Shown: in pieces, positions 26,183 to 37,113 of the stretch
Position numbering within the stretch: position 1 is the stretch's first letter
How the letters are laid out: each line of letters starts with the position of its first letter
Source of the DNA: a virus
Length of the DNA: 64,000 nt
Virus record (IMG/VR): IMGVR_UViG_3300047319_000798
Location: 1-64,000 of that record
Reading direction: 5' to 3' (one strand)
Made by a program: the position numbers and the translations under genes
The notes under the pieces: generated by a model
Database searches by the model: none
What the model was told of the DNA's origin: nothing
What the model saw: the letters and a program-made list of their open reading frames with translations, nothing else

Positions 26183-28984
26183 ATGGCTGACACGGCTATT
26201 CTGAGGGTCGATGTCGCTTCCACCGACTTCGACAAGTTCAAAACCTCATTTGACCAATACGCCAAGACGCTCCAGAGCACTCTGGACACTTGGGCGAAGA
26301 TCACAACTGAAGTTAAGGCGGCTTCAGCGGTGATGACCAACATGGCAGCGCCGGTTGCGCGCTCCACCGCCAATCTCCAAAAATTCACGCAGCAGTTCCA
26401 AGAAACGGCGAAGCATTCCTCCGCCATCAAGACCAATGTTGAGTCAATCACCAAAGGTCTGGTGAGCTGGAAGACGGCTGTCGGTTCGACCTTGGCCCTG
26501 TTGGGGATTGGTGCTGGCGGTCTATTTGGTTTGACCTCGCTGGTCAATTCGACGGTGAGTGACCGTGCCCGGGCGTTGGCTACTGGCGTCGGCTACGGTC
26601 AATTCCGTGGGATGAATGCCGGGTCGTTCCCGGGCGCGGGCGCGGCTATGTCGGGCTGGGGCACGGCGAGTTGGGACCCAACCTCTGGCGCCTACCGGGG
26701 CGCGCAGACGCTGTTTGGCGCGGGAACTAACCAACAGCTGTCGCGTCGTGACCCGATGGCGATGATGGATGCGCTGGACAAGGCGACCAAGTATCTTGGC
26801 CAGTTCGATGAGAAGATGCGCGGCGCTATCGCGGCCACTTCCGGCCTCAATGACCTGTTGGGGCCGGAGGCGCTGCGCACCTGGATGGCGCTTAACAATG
26901 AGGAAAAGGAGGTCAGGCGCAGGGCAATCAAAGCGGCGGGTGACGCGGCGGAGGCGGCTGAACAGGCCAATATCAAGTGGGCAACATTCAACATCAAACT
27001 AAACTCGGCAGCCTCTATCATTCAGGACACCCTGATTAATAAACTCTCGCCGTTGGCCAAGCCGTTAGGAGATTTGAATGAAGCGCTTTTGAAGGCCTTC
27101 CAAGTTTTTATGGAAACGGAGGGCGTTCAGACAACTATCAAGAAGTTTGGTGATGAGCTTCAAAGGTGGGCCGATTGGCTTAAAACTACAGAGGGTCAAG
27201 AGAGCTTCAACCGGTTCATGGAGAATATGGGCAAGGCAGCGACGATCCTTGCTACTTTTGTCGACACTATCGCCCGTATCATCAGATTGGTAGCCCAAAG
27301 TCCGGTTGGCCAGTTTGCTGGAAAAGTATTGGGTGCTGTACCCGGTGCGGTCCAGGGGCTGGAGAAGGAAGGTATTGGCACCCCTCATTTCGGCCCGATG
27401 ACCCAGGACGATAAGGACCGCAATCTTCGATTGGGCTATGATAGATATGGGGCGAAGATTAATCCAGATGGATCCAGCGCCAATTTTCCCAATCCTGGCG
27501 ATGCGCTAAAGGCCACTACAGATCCCAAGGTTCAATCGACACCATGGTACAAACAAAAGAATTTCGGCTTTGGCTGGGGTAAGTCCAACAACGACCCATC
27601 GACCCCCGGCAACGCGGCAGCGACACCGGGGCCGTCTATGGCGGCGTTCTCGGTTGGCGGTCAGAACGCGGTGCTTGGCGAGCGGATGATGCAGTGGTTT
27701 GGTCAGGAGTCAATGGCCACCCAGCAAGCCGCTGATGCCGCTGAGCGCCGCGATACCAAGCTAGAGCGGCTGTTGGTGTCGATGGAGAATTGGTTCCGGT
27801 CGAATAGCGGGAAAGCCGCTGGCGGCGGCGCGGGTGGCACTGGCGTTTACGGTTCGAGTTTTGGCGGCGCTATCGGCCCGGGCGGGCAGTTGCTAGGCGG
27901 GGGCAGCGGAGCTGGCGGAGGAGGGGGTCCGGCTGGCGCGGGCGGGTCTGGTCCACATAGCGCGTCAGGATCAGCGGGCGGGCCGGGAGGCGGTGGCTCT
28001 GGATCATTTATCGACGCCGTGGCGAATATCGAAAGCAACAACCGCAATATCAAGCAAGGCGTAGTGGACGTCAACACCCGGAAAGGCACCCCGGCGGGCG
28101 GCTATTTCCAGATCATCGACCCAACATGGCGCCGATACGCGGCAGCGGCTGGAGTTGATGTTAACAAGTATCCCACGGCCATGAGCGCGCCGCGTGACGT
28201 GCAAGCACAGGTCGCGGCGCAAATCCCCGCCAACCAATTCGGGCCGCGTACCCAGCGAATGCTCCATGAGCAGTTTGGGGCCTTCGACACGCGCAAGACC
28301 ATTGGTCAGCTCAATGAGCAGTTTGGAGGTTCGGGCGGCGGAGGTCAGGCGGGAGCATCGGCCAACAGCACAAGCGAGATCAGAGGCCCGGGCGGCGGCA
28401 ACGCGGCGGACGCCAATGCGCTCTTGGCTCAGGTCAAGGCCACCCACCCGCACCTGAGCAATGAGCAGTGCGTGACCCTTGTGCGCGAATACACGGGTAT
28501 GGGGGGCACGGTCAAGGATTGGCGCAAGGGCCAGAACGTGCTGGGCGGCAACATGAAGGTGGGTACGCCTATCGCCACGTTCATGAGCGCCAGCGGCAAG
28601 CAGAGCGACCGCTACGATGCTGGCGGTATCGGTACCCCGGGCGCGGGCACGAGCCACGCGGCGCTATTCGGCGGCTATACACGTGATAAGGACGGCCAGA
28701 TTACCGGCATCAACGTGATCGAGCAGTACGCCTACAGCGGCAGACCCGGGCAGCAGAAAGGGCCGCACATTCAGCATTATGGCGTGGGCGGGTACGGTGA
28801 GCACGGGGCGGAGAACTATTTCGGTATCCAAGGCCCAGGCGGCGGTAAAGGGCAAAGGACGGCTTCGCTTAACGGGATGGACAACGATAATTGGCAACAG
28901 AAGCCTATTCACAATGTTCAGATCCACAACAGGACCGGTAGCGATGTGAACATTGCTGCCTCGACTGTAATGGCAAGTTCATGA
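26183..28984 (+). CDS. tape measure protein with lysozyme-like and CHAP/BPSL0067-like domains
   Basis: Helical N-half; IESNN...GYFQI..TW; QCVTLVR...GTPIATF...HAALF. Confidence 0.82.
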   Translation: MADTAILRVDVASTDFDKFKTSFDQYAKTLQSTLDTWAKITTEVKAASAVMTNMAAPVARSTANLQKFTQQFQETAKHSSAIKTNVESITKGLVSWKTAVGSTLALLGIGAGGLFGLTSLVNSTVSDRARALATGVGYGQFRGMNAGSFPGAGAAMSGWGTASWDPTSGAYRGAQTLFGAGTNQQLSRRDPMAMMDALDKATKYLGQFDEKMRGAIAATSGLNDLLGPEALRTWMALNNEEKEVRRRAIKAAGDAAEAAEQANIKWATFNIKLNSAASIIQDTLINKLSPLAKPLGDLNEALLKAFQVFMETEGVQTTIKKFGDELQRWADWLKTTEGQESFNRFMENMGKAATILATFVDTIARIIRLVAQSPVGQFAGKVLGAVPGAVQGLEKEGIGTPHFGPMTQDDKDRNLRLGYDRYGAKINPDGSSANFPNPGDALKATTDPKVQSTPWYKQKNFGFGWGKSNNDPSTPGNAAATPGPSMAAFSVGGQNAVLGERMMQWFGQESMATQQAADAAERRDTKLERLLVSMENWFRSNSGKAAGGGAGGTGVYGSSFGGAIGPGGQLLGGGSGAGGGGGPAGAGGSGPHSASGSAGGPGGGGSGSFIDAVANIESNNRNIKQGVVDVNTRKGTPAGGYFQIIDPTWRRYAAAAGVDVNKYPTAMSAPRDVQAQVAAQIPANQFGPRTQRMLHEQFGAFDTRKTIGQLNEQFGGSGGGGQAGASANSTSEIRGPGGGNAADANALLAQVKATHPHLSNEQCVTLVREYTGMGGTVKDWRKGQNVLGGNMKVGTPIATFMSASGKQSDRYDAGGIGTPGAGTSHAALFGGYTRDKDGQITGINVIEQYAYSGRPGQQKGPHIQHYGVGGYGEHGAENYFGIQGPGGGKGQRTASLNGMDNDNWQQKPIHNVQIHNRTGSDVNIAASTVMASS

Positions 28985-30507
28985 GATATTACGCCATCAA
29001 GATTGATGGAGCGCCAGCGGTGTTCAAGCCGGTGGATGGCGCGCCTGTGGCAGGAGCCCAGTTCAGCAGTGTTGCGGATGTCGGCTACGGGCAACAGAAT
29101 GATCCCGGGGCGCTGCGCTGTTTGCTACGTATCGAGATGGTTGATATTTCAACAGTTACCGCCAATTCATTCGTGCGTCTGTACGGTGTAGACATAGAGA
29201 TGTTGAAACAGGCCTCCAACCTGACCGGCAAGAACATTCAGATTTATGCCGGGTTCTGGCCGGGTCTGCCCCTGGCCACGGAGGAAGCCCCTTATGCGGG
29301 CGCGATTTATTGCGGTACAATCTGGCAGGCATTCGGCAACTGGCAAGACGATGACATGACCCTCGACATGTTGCTCAGCGCCGGCAACACCGCCAGCGGG
29401 GCGGGGGACGCTCCTGCGGATAGCGGCGGCGGGTTTCAACCATCACCGCTGACCCCGCCAGTAGCGCCGTCACGTTTGAGGAGCCGACAGCGGGGAGTGG
29501 GGAACCTACGTTCCCCTTCCCCGCATCGCGGGCGGGTATCGGCTCAGCCGCGTGACGATGGCGGTGGAGGCCTGAGCGGCATAGCCGACAGCATCGGTCA
29601 AGCTGTCTCGGCGGTGGCCTCGTCGTTCGCAGCGGGTGCGGGGTGGGGGTCTACACCGGCCAATATTATCCATAATTGGAACCCGGGGGACTTGCTTAGC
29701 AACGCTATGCGGCAGACCTTAACCAAGGCTTTCCCTTGGTGCACTATCGATATCGGGATTGCCGACGTGCTCAAGAACCCGGGCGCAAAAGACGGCGGCT
29801 TCTACAACTCACTAGAGCAATTTGCTGCGTTTGCTAAGCAAACCAGCTTATCGCTGATGAGCGGTAGTCAGGGCGCGGCGGGTACAATGTCTTCGCTGGT
29901 TGGGGCGATGGCCAAGGGGTCGAGTAACGCAGGGCTGCAAACGCTATCTGATGCGCTGGGTGCTGCGGGAAAGAACGCACCTGGGTCTGACGATTACAAA
30001 GGCATACGCACCTTTCTTCGATGTCAGCGGATCATCGCCACCGATAACAACCCGATTAACGGAGTTCATCAGGGTCCAACGCTCAAGTTTGAAGAGCTAA
30101 TTGGCCAGCCGACATGGCTTCAAGTCAACACCGTTACATTTCGCACGCCGATGCGCTCTGACATCTATCCGCCGCTAACGGTTACACTACCGCCTGATAC
30201 ACTAGAGTTTGTGAACCCCTCGCTAGAAACTAGCCAGGTGGGGATAAAATCGCTAAACATCAACTTCGCTAATCAGCCGGTTACTCTACAGCAGGTGACT
30301 ATAATCGGGGATAGCCGCCATCCGGACGGGTCATCGTGGTCATTACAGTGTACCGGGTTGGTATCCAGCTCAGCTATGATGGCGAATAGCGTTGTTGCCC
30401 CGCTTCTTGACAGTACCTCTCAAGTGCTGATGGGTCATTTTTCATTAGGGCCAAATCCACCTATCGGGCCTCAGCGCCGTCGCGCCGTGCGGAGGTATGG
30501 TGGATGA
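28981..30507 (+). CDS. baseplate hub protein
   Basis: MRYYAIKI, GLPLA, FGNWQ, LIGQPTW, MRSDI; follows TMP. Confidence 0.72.
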   Translation: MRYYAIKIDGAPAVFKPVDGAPVAGAQFSSVADVGYGQQNDPGALRCLLRIEMVDISTVTANSFVRLYGVDIEMLKQASNLTGKNIQIYAGFWPGLPLATEEAPYAGAIYCGTIWQAFGNWQDDDMTLDMLLSAGNTASGAGDAPADSGGGFQPSPLTPPVAPSRLRSRQRGVGNLRSPSPHRGRVSAQPRDDGGGGLSGIADSIGQAVSAVASSFAAGAGWGSTPANIIHNWNPGDLLSNAMRQTLTKAFPWCTIDIGIADVLKNPGAKDGGFYNSLEQFAAFAKQTSLSLMSGSQGAAGTMSSLVGAMAKGSSNAGLQTLSDALGAAGKNAPGSDDYKGIRTFLRCQRIIATDNNPINGVHQGPTLKFEELIGQPTWLQVNTVTFRTPMRSDIYPPLTVTLPPDTLEFVNPSLETSQVGIKSLNINFANQPVTLQQVTIIGDSRHPDGSSWSLQCTGLVSSSAMMANSVVAPLLDSTSQVLMGHFSLGPNPPIGPQRRRAVRRYGG

Positions 30508-31343
30508 GTTCAATTGAACAATGGAAGCTAAGCTATCAGGTCTCACCGATCTTCCTGACCGGGCCACCGGTGGCCAACGTGCCCAACGGTATGTTGCCGT
30601 TTTTGTCCATCACCAATCCAGAACTCTTCCCAGCCACCTCCAACACGCCGGGCATGCCGTCGCAATCTTTCGACCTTGCGACAGTGAACCTCACCGCCAC
30701 GTCCTTTGTTGAGTTGGGTAAGTCATTGGACAATGCTTTCGGGGCCTTTAACGTGCTAGCGGGCGGTTCGCTGATCCAGCAGACGGTGGCCAAGTACCCG
30801 TTCGCCAACCAGAGCTACGCCGCCAACGCTATCCTGCGCGACCCTCTACACGTCTCCCTGATCTGGGACACACCGATGCGCGGGGCCAATGCTTGGGGCA
30901 CGAAGCTGACAACTATGCAGAGCCTGAAGCAGCGGCTAGACACCCACAATAACGGCGGCGGCACCTACATCGTGGTCACCCCGGCATACGTGTATGATAA
31001 CCTGGTCATGTTGTCGTTGACTGATGCCTCGCGCGGTTCGAGCAACCTGCCCCAGAATGCCTGGCGGTTTGACTTTGAGCGCCCGCTCATTGTGCTCCAG
31101 GAGCTGCGCAAAGCTCAGGGCGCGCTTATGTCTAAGCTGACCAACGGCGTAATTACCAACGGAGCCTGGTCTGGGCCCGCCGCTGGTCTGGGGTCAATCA
31201 CCGCCGTACCGAACATGAGCAGCGGCCCTAACGCCCCGATACCGTCTATGACTGCCTCGGGGGTGCCCGCTGGCACGCCGAGCGGCCCGGGTGTGGCGGG
31301 TGGCGGTGGTATTGGCTCCGTGGGCTATAGTGGACCGGTATGA
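30504..31343 (+). CDS. baseplate/tail tube initiator protein
   Basis: YQVSPIFL, YPFANQ, HNNGGG.Y.V.TP, DFERPL. Confidence 0.68.
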   Translation: MSSIEQWKLSYQVSPIFLTGPPVANVPNGMLPFLSITNPELFPATSNTPGMPSQSFDLATVNLTATSFVELGKSLDNAFGAFNVLAGGSLIQQTVAKYPFANQSYAANAILRDPLHVSLIWDTPMRGANAWGTKLTTMQSLKQRLDTHNNGGGTYIVVTPAYVYDNLVMLSLTDASRGSSNLPQNAWRFDFERPLIVLQELRKAQGALMSKLTNGVITNGAWSGPAAGLGSITAVPNMSSGPNAPIPSMTASGVPAGTPSGPGVAGGGGIGSVGYSGPV

Positions 31344-31444
31344 CTGATCCTGACGCAGAGCTGCATATCCATTTGGATCTGATGGGCATATTGCTCGTGA
31401 TCCTGGTGATCTGGGGCGTCTGGAAACTTATGAACTGGCTATGA
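31340..31444 (+). CDS. 34 aa single-TM peptide (not in ORF track)
   Basis: MTDPDAELHIHLDLMGILLVILVIWGVWKLMNWL; ATGA overlaps both sides. Confidence 0.55.
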   Translation: MTDPDAELHIHLDLMGILLVILVIWGVWKLMNWL

Positions 31445-31929
31445 CCACCTACGTTCCATTTCGCCGCTCTAATACCAGCGCGCCGCGCCTTACGGTGGTG
31501 CTCGACTATCAAGACACCACAATGATCGTCACGTGGAACGTGGCGTCGCAGCGTTACTTTCTCAACCTGTACACTCTCGACGGCGTATGGATTTGCACGG
31601 TACCGCTGATTGAAACGTCGCGCGGCCAGCGGGTGGTGTCGATGGTCTATGACCCGAACCAGGGCGTATTGATCGGCCAGATGGAGAAGCCGATGTACCG
31701 GTCCCCGGGCCAGGTTGTTAACTACACGCTAGAGGATTTCTCACCGCCATCAATCAACGGCCCGCGCGAATGCCTGACCCTATACGATCAGCGGTTCACA
31801 TTCCCCAGCGTTGACCCCGGGGTGATCACTGTGATGGGGCACGCCTCCCGCTATCAGAACATGGTGGCTGGCTATTTCCAGTATTCAACTCTGATCTTTC
31901 GCAATGGGCAATTCGAGACTAACCCGTGA
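31441..31929 (+). CDS. baseplate plug-like protein
   Basis: WN..SQRYFLNLY...G...PL; NMVAGYF..STLIFR. Confidence 0.65.
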   Translation: MTTYVPFRRSNTSAPRLTVVLDYQDTTMIVTWNVASQRYFLNLYTLDGVWICTVPLIETSRGQRVVSMVYDPNQGVLIGQMEKPMYRSPGQVVNYTLEDFSPPSINGPRECLTLYDQRFTFPSVDPGVITVMGHASRYQNMVAGYFQYSTLIFRNGQFETNP

Positions 31930-32726
31930 CTGACAACGCCCTCAAGACCCCGTTCAACCTTTCGCTGATCAGCGCCGCTGACCGGCGCGCTGACAATTTC
32001 CGCCAGACCCAGGCCAAGTCTATCCCGGTCAAAGTCACCAAGGTCACCAAGGATTTTGTCACTGTCAGCTTTGAGCCGCAGAACGGTATCCAGACCCTGC
32101 CCCAGATGCAGCTCACCCAGTCGTTCTCGCGCTATGGGCGTGAGCCGACGCAAGTGGGTGATATGGGCTACGCGGTGCCCAGCGAATACAACACCCAGAC
32201 CCTGTCGGGGATGGGCGGCAGCTATACCAACTTCTATCCCAAAGGCAATCTAACCCCGCTCTCGTTCCAGCCGTTCAGCAAGTCTCAGGACGAGACCCGG
32301 GATTATGACCAATACACGATGACCGGGGGGCCGAACGGGGTCAAGATTATCCAGAGCACCCAGTCCGCCAAGGAGCAGCCACCGGGGAACACAGGGCAGC
32401 CTCAGCCCACAGCTTTCCAGCGGCGGATATTAGGCATGGGCTCCCGGGCACGCTCGCGATGGCTCCGACAGGCCCCTAGACCGGTGCTACGGGCTACACA
32501 GCAGACGCCTAAAGCCTTTATGCAGATCGACAAGAAGGGCGTAATCCTGCATCAAAGCCCCGACGCCAAGCACCAAATCCTAGTCGATCAGGACAGCCAG
32601 AAGATTGCCATGAACGTGCCGATCAGCGATACCGTATTTCTGGGTGGCGACGGCAAAGAGGGGAAATATGCCCTGGTGGCAACGATAGATGGGCCGAGCA
32701 AGAACGTCAAAGCAAGGATTGGATGA
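31926..32726 (+). CDS. baseplate central spike (OB-fold) protein
   Basis: PVKVTKV, REPTQVGDMG, GNLTPL.F.P. Confidence 0.7.
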   Translation: MTDNALKTPFNLSLISAADRRADNFRQTQAKSIPVKVTKVTKDFVTVSFEPQNGIQTLPQMQLTQSFSRYGREPTQVGDMGYAVPSEYNTQTLSGMGGSYTNFYPKGNLTPLSFQPFSKSQDETRDYDQYTMTGGPNGVKIIQSTQSAKEQPPGNTGQPQPTAFQRRILGMGSRARSRWLRQAPRPVLRATQQTPKAFMQIDKKGVILHQSPDAKHQILVDQDSQKIAMNVPISDTVFLGGDGKEGKYALVATIDGPSKNVKARIG

Positions 32727-32871
32727 ATGCGTGTACCCAGCCCGCTTAACAGCCTCGGCGCACAAGCCTCCCAGCGCGCCACGACCCACCCGCCATTTGT
32801 GCGCTCTATTCGCGCCTTTGGACAGGCGCGGATATCCCGGGTGACGGAGACAGTGAAGGGACAACCCACCT

Positions 32872-33240
32872 ATGCGCACATACGGAAGGACCCAGGACGT
32901 CCTTACGGGACAAAAGACCTGGGTAGTGGTGGAAACGGACCCAAACGGGTTCAACGACATGGTCATGCTGACCACGCTGGTCCAGTGCATAAAGTTGAAC
33001 CTGGGTGAGTCTCCCTTCTGGGCTGACTGGGGCATTCCGGCTTACACGTCGATCATCACCCAGATCCACCCTGATCTGTATATGGCGATAATGCAGCAGC
33101 GGTTCGCGCCTTACTTTATGACCCTGATGCTGCAGAAGATGAATGACGTCACGGATGAGGCCGGTCGGCCCGCGCCTTACTACGCGATCACCGTGATCAC
33201 TAACTACGGTTCGACCCTAGAAACAGTGGTTCCTGTCTGA
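32872..33240 (+). CDS. baseplate wedge/sheath initiator (gp25-like)
   Basis: LNLGESPFWADWGIP motif. Confidence 0.72.
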   Translation: MRTYGRTQDVLTGQKTWVVVETDPNGFNDMVMLTTLVQCIKLNLGESPFWADWGIPAYTSIITQIHPDLYMAIMQQRFAPYFMTLMLQKMNDVTDEAGRPAPYYAITVITNYGSTLETVVPV

Positions 33241-34706
33241 TGGCTGTAATCCCACTTATCATGACCGCACAGGGTCTGCAGCCACAGGCCCCGGCGACCT
33301 TGCGTCAGCAGCTGGTGGCATCTGTCGCGGCCACCAACCAGGGCTACACAGACAACCTGCCCGGCTCGCTGGTCGAGGACGTAGCCTCCACTGACGTGGC
33401 GGCGTGCGTCCAGAGTGATTCCTACCTGGTCGATCTGGTCAATTCGGTATCGCCTAACGGCGCCAACGCCTTCATCCTGCAGCAGTTTGGCAATCTTTAT
33501 GGGCTCCGGCAGCAGGTCGCTACAAATGTAACCGTGTATGTAGTCTTCTATGGTCCGCCCGGTCTGGTCATCGTAGAGGGCTTCCTCGTTGGCGACGGCA
33601 GCTATCAGTACGTTGTCCAGGACGGCGGCATCATCGGCCAGAATGGCCAGTCATTACCCCTATACTGTGTGGCGGTGGTTCCTGGCACGTGGGCCGTTCC
33701 GGCGGGGTCCGTCACGCTCCTGGCATCCTCCCTGCCCGCGAGTGTGATCGATCTGGTCACCTGTACTAACCCCACCGACGGCATTCCTTCGACAGCCGGG
33801 GAGGCTATGAGTGATTTCCGCGACCGGTGCTTTACGGCGGGGCTGGCGGCGTCCACTGGGATGTCGCGCTATATGAAAACCCTACTGGCGAACGTGCCTG
33901 GGGTTCAGGCGCGGCTGGTCAGCGCCCGCCAGGATTTAGTGACTGGGAAGTACGTCGCTATCTGCGGCGGCGGTGACCCCTATCAGGTTGCCTACGCGAT
34001 CTGGAAAGCGTTATTCTGGACCGGGGGCCTACTCCAGGCCCCGATCAACATCACAAGTATCTCCGCGTCCAACCCAGCGGTTATCACTACAGCGCAGAAC
34101 CATAACTTTGTAACAGGCATGGTCGAGTCATTCGAGGGCATAGTAGGCACCGGGGTGTTCCCAACGATTAACGGTAGATCATTCCCCGTTACCGTGCCTA
34201 CTATTGGTGGCCAGCCCTCCCTCAACACGTTTACCATCCCCTATAACACCGCCATCACAGGTTCGATCTACACTTCAGGTGGGCTGGTGACCCCGAACCC
34301 AATCGTGGAAGAGGTTTCGGTTGTCGACTGGCCGGACACCTACATCATCCCTTATGTAATCCCGCCGATGGAGACGGTATTCATTGAGGTGATCTGGCAG
34401 ACTGACTCGCCCAACTACGTATCGCCCAGCGCCGTTGCTTCGCTAGCCGGACCTGCACTTCAGGATTACATCAACGGTTTGCCGGTGGGCGTGGCCCCAA
34501 TCAACATTTACGACATGACTTCGATCTTCCTCCAGGCCGTGACCAACGCCGTGGCGGCGGAGGCGATCACAGTGCTGGACTTCCAGGTCAGCATCGACGG
34601 GATAGGGGCCGCACCCGCGCCGGGCACAGGCGTCATCTATGGCGACCCCAACAGCTACTTCCTGACCGATCTGTCGAAGATCGTGTTTAGCGAGGGCGGT
34701 TTCTAA
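33240..34706 (+). CDS. baseplate J-like protein
   Basis: LPGSLVED, VTCTNP, GE..SDFRDR, L..VPGV, GGGDPYQVAYAI. Confidence 0.85.
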   Translation: MAVIPLIMTAQGLQPQAPATLRQQLVASVAATNQGYTDNLPGSLVEDVASTDVAACVQSDSYLVDLVNSVSPNGANAFILQQFGNLYGLRQQVATNVTVYVVFYGPPGLVIVEGFLVGDGSYQYVVQDGGIIGQNGQSLPLYCVAVVPGTWAVPAGSVTLLASSLPASVIDLVTCTNPTDGIPSTAGEAMSDFRDRCFTAGLAASTGMSRYMKTLLANVPGVQARLVSARQDLVTGKYVAICGGGDPYQVAYAIWKALFWTGGLLQAPINITSISASNPAVITTAQNHNFVTGMVESFEGIVGTGVFPTINGRSFPVTVPTIGGQPSLNTFTIPYNTAITGSIYTSGGLVTPNPIVEEVSVVDWPDTYIIPYVIPPMETVFIEVIWQTDSPNYVSPSAVASLAGPALQDYINGLPVGVAPINIYDMTSIFLQAVTNAVAAEAITVLDFQVSIDGIGAAPAPGTGVIYGDPNSYFLTDLSKIVFSEGGF

Positions 34707-35845
34707 TGCCGCTCTATCCCAACTATCAAGTTGTAGGTGGGCTGACCGATACCATCGTCCACCCCGGGTTCGCTACTCAGCTGATGCCCGTGGGCCTACC
34801 CAACTTTGGCGGTCTAGTTGTCAATCCATTCGAGGCGGTAGATCAGGGATTACCTGAGCCAGAAGAACTCTATGTCAGTATCGTTAGACCGCCATCACAG
34901 TTTGAGGATGAGCACACCACCAAGCTGGAGCCGGGTCAGCGGTTCATAGTTCCGGCTGGGGTCCACGTCTGGGTGGATGCGGTCAGCAAAGGCCATCAAT
35001 TTTCTGCTTATTTCTATTCATCCTCTATCGCGGTCAAGGGCAGCGCGGAGCCGGTGCCGGGGGATTTTCCGCCATCCGGCCCCACCGGGATGACCAAGGT
35101 CATTCCGTCCTACCTTTATCAGGAATACAGCGATGACGATGATCTGCAGGCGTTTGTCGATGGCCAGAACGCCCTGCAGCAGAACTATGTCGACACATTC
35201 AACGCCCTTAACCTGCCGATATACACCAACCCGCTGATCGCGGGGCCGATGCTCGACTGGGTGGCGGAAGGGGTCTATGGCTACAAAAGACCATGGGTTT
35301 ATGCCGAGCGCGGGTTTACGTTTGGGCCGCTCAATACATGGGGGCCTAACCAGCTGGTGCCCATCGACGCGATGGTCAAGACCCAGCCCCGGGGCGTGGT
35401 CATCGCTGACGATGATTTCTACAAGCGTTGTCTGACCTGGCACTACATGAAGGGGGACGGTAAATATTTCAACGTTCGATGGTTGAAGCGGCGGATTAAG
35501 CGGTTCCTAATCGGGGTCAATGGGTCGTGTCCGCCTGTCGATATTACAGACGATATCTCGATCACGTTTGGGCCTAAACAGAGTTGTACAATCCGATTCC
35601 CGCTGATTAACCGCACGGTTGTCGCGGGTGCGCTGCCCAACCGGTTTGGGCCTAATGGAACCCGGGGCGGTACCCCGGATGGGGCGTCGCGATGGGCAGA
35701 GGATCAGAAGCCCGCACTCAATAAGGTTTACACTGTTGCCGTGACTTTCTCGCGGCCCGACTACATCAACCAGTTCGCTGAGGCGATTAACGCTGGGGTG
35801 TTGGAGTTGCCGTTCCAGTTCAGCTTCAACGTCGTCATAGGATAA
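34706..35845 (+). CDS. baseplate wedge protein (DUF2612-like) with N-terminal beta domain
   Basis: [22 protein letters not shown]. Confidence 0.72.
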   Translation: MPLYPNYQVVGGLTDTIVHPGFATQLMPVGLPNFGGLVVNPFEAVDQGLPEPEELYVSIVRPPSQFEDEHTTKLEPGQRFIVPAGVHVWVDAVSKGHQFSAYFYSSSIAVKGSAEPVPGDFPPSGPTGMTKVIPSYLYQEYSDDDDLQAFVDGQNALQQNYVDTFNALNLPIYTNPLIAGPMLDWVAEGVYGYKRPWVYAERGFTFGPLNTWGPNQLVPIDAMVKTQPRGVVIADDDFYKRCLTWHYMKGDGKYFNVRWLKRRIKRFLIGVNGSCPPVDITDDISITFGPKQSCTIRFPLINRTVVAGALPNRFGPNGTRGGTPDGASRWAEDQKPALNKVYTVAVTFSRPDYINQFAEAINAGVLELPFQFSFNVVIG

Positions 35846-35850
35846 CCACC

Positions 35851-37113
35851 ATGGCCGTCTTATTCGCCAATAACGCATCGACCACAGTCGTTGGCTCCAT
35901 CAACCCTACGGACACCCAAGTCAACGTGGCGGCGGGCACCGGGATAGAGTTTCCGGACCCTGGTACAGTGGGGGATTACTTCTGCGCCACGTTCTATGAC
36001 GCCGCGACGGGAACCATTCAAGAAATTGTTCACGTCACCGATGTCAATAACGACACCTTTAACATCGTGCGCGGACAGGAGGGTACGCAGCCGAAATCCT
36101 GGGCTCCCGGCGACACCATCAGCAATCTCGTCACCGCCGCCACGCTAGCGTCATTCGTCCAGACTGGCGTGGGCGTTAACACCGCCATCATCTATGATGG
36201 ATTTGATGTCGGCTCGCCCAATCACATAGTCGTCACTAACCTGTCGCCAGCCCCCAACGGCAATCCGGTCAACGGACAGGCGATGTTGATCACGGTCAAC
36301 TACGCCAACACTGGGCCGGTGGACGTGATCATTATGGGCGTAGCCCCTATCCCGCTGACCAGCATGGGCAACCGGCCCCTGCAGGGCGGCGAGCTTAGCC
36401 CGGGCGACCGCATCCTAATCACCAACTGCGCCACCGCCTATTATGAGCTGATCAATTATCCGACGCTGGTCGGATCACGGGTTATCCATACCGGTGTCGA
36501 CACCGGCGTGGTCAACGCTATCTCTGCCGCGTGCTCACCGGCCCCCACCGCTTATCTGGAGGGCATGCAGTTCAATGTTCGGATCAAGAATACCAACACA
36601 GGGGCCGTGACAGCAAACTTCAACGGCCTGGGCGCGCTGACCTGCTACAAGCCGAATGGCGTGGCGATGGTCGCGGGCGATGTTGTCGCCAACGCTGAGT
36701 TGATCTTCGTTTACAATGCGTCGGGGCCTTACTGGACTGTGGTCGGCCCGGGCACGGTTGGCGCGCAGGGTCCAGTCGGCGCTCAAGGTTCGACCGGGGC
36801 TGGCGGTCCTCAAGGCTCAGCCGGTCCCGTTGGGCCTCCGGGTCCAGCTGGTCCTATCGGCCCGCAAGGCGCGGTTGGGCCTCCGGGGGCTGGATCGCAA
36901 GGCCCCGCCGGTCCACCCGGTCCCGCTGGAGCGTGGCAAGGCTATGGTGGCCTGGGTAGCGTGTGGATGACCATCGGATTTACCTTTGGCCCGCATGACC
37001 CCAACGGCAACGGCTATCCGGGCAACTGGCTCCAGATTGGCACGGTCAGCCAGGACGCTACGGCGGTCAACTACGGGGTGATCACCAACTACTTCTACCA
37101 GAGGATTGGTTAA
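35851..37113 (+). CDS. tail fibre with collagen-like repeat
   Basis: FANNA..., EIVHVT, RGQEGT anchor; G-X-Y run near C-terminus. Confidence 0.8.
   Translation: MAVLFANNASTTVVGSINPTDTQVNVAAGTGIEFPDPGTVGDYFCATFYDAATGTIQEIVHVTDVNNDTFNIVRGQEGTQPKSWAPGDTISNLVTAATLASFVQTGVGVNTAIIYDGFDVGSPNHIVVTNLSPAPNGNPVNGQAMLITVNYANTGPVDVIIMGVAPIPLTSMGNRPLQGGELSPGDRILITNCATAYYELINYPTLVGSRVIHTGVDTGVVNAISAACSPAPTAYLEGMQFNVRIKNTNTGAVTANFNGLGALTCYKPNGVAMVAGDVVANAELIFVYNASGPYWTVVGPGTVGAQGPVGAQGSTGAGGPQGSAGPVGPPGPAGPIGPQGAVGPPGAGSQGPAGPPGPAGAWQGYGGLGSVWMTIGFTFGPHDPNGNGYPGNWLQIGTVSQDATAVNYGVITNYFYQRIG

Noticed and set aside
32727-33008. 93 aa ORF between spike and gp25-like genes
   Set aside because: Overlaps the better supported 32872-33240 by 137 nt in another frame; no recognisable motif.
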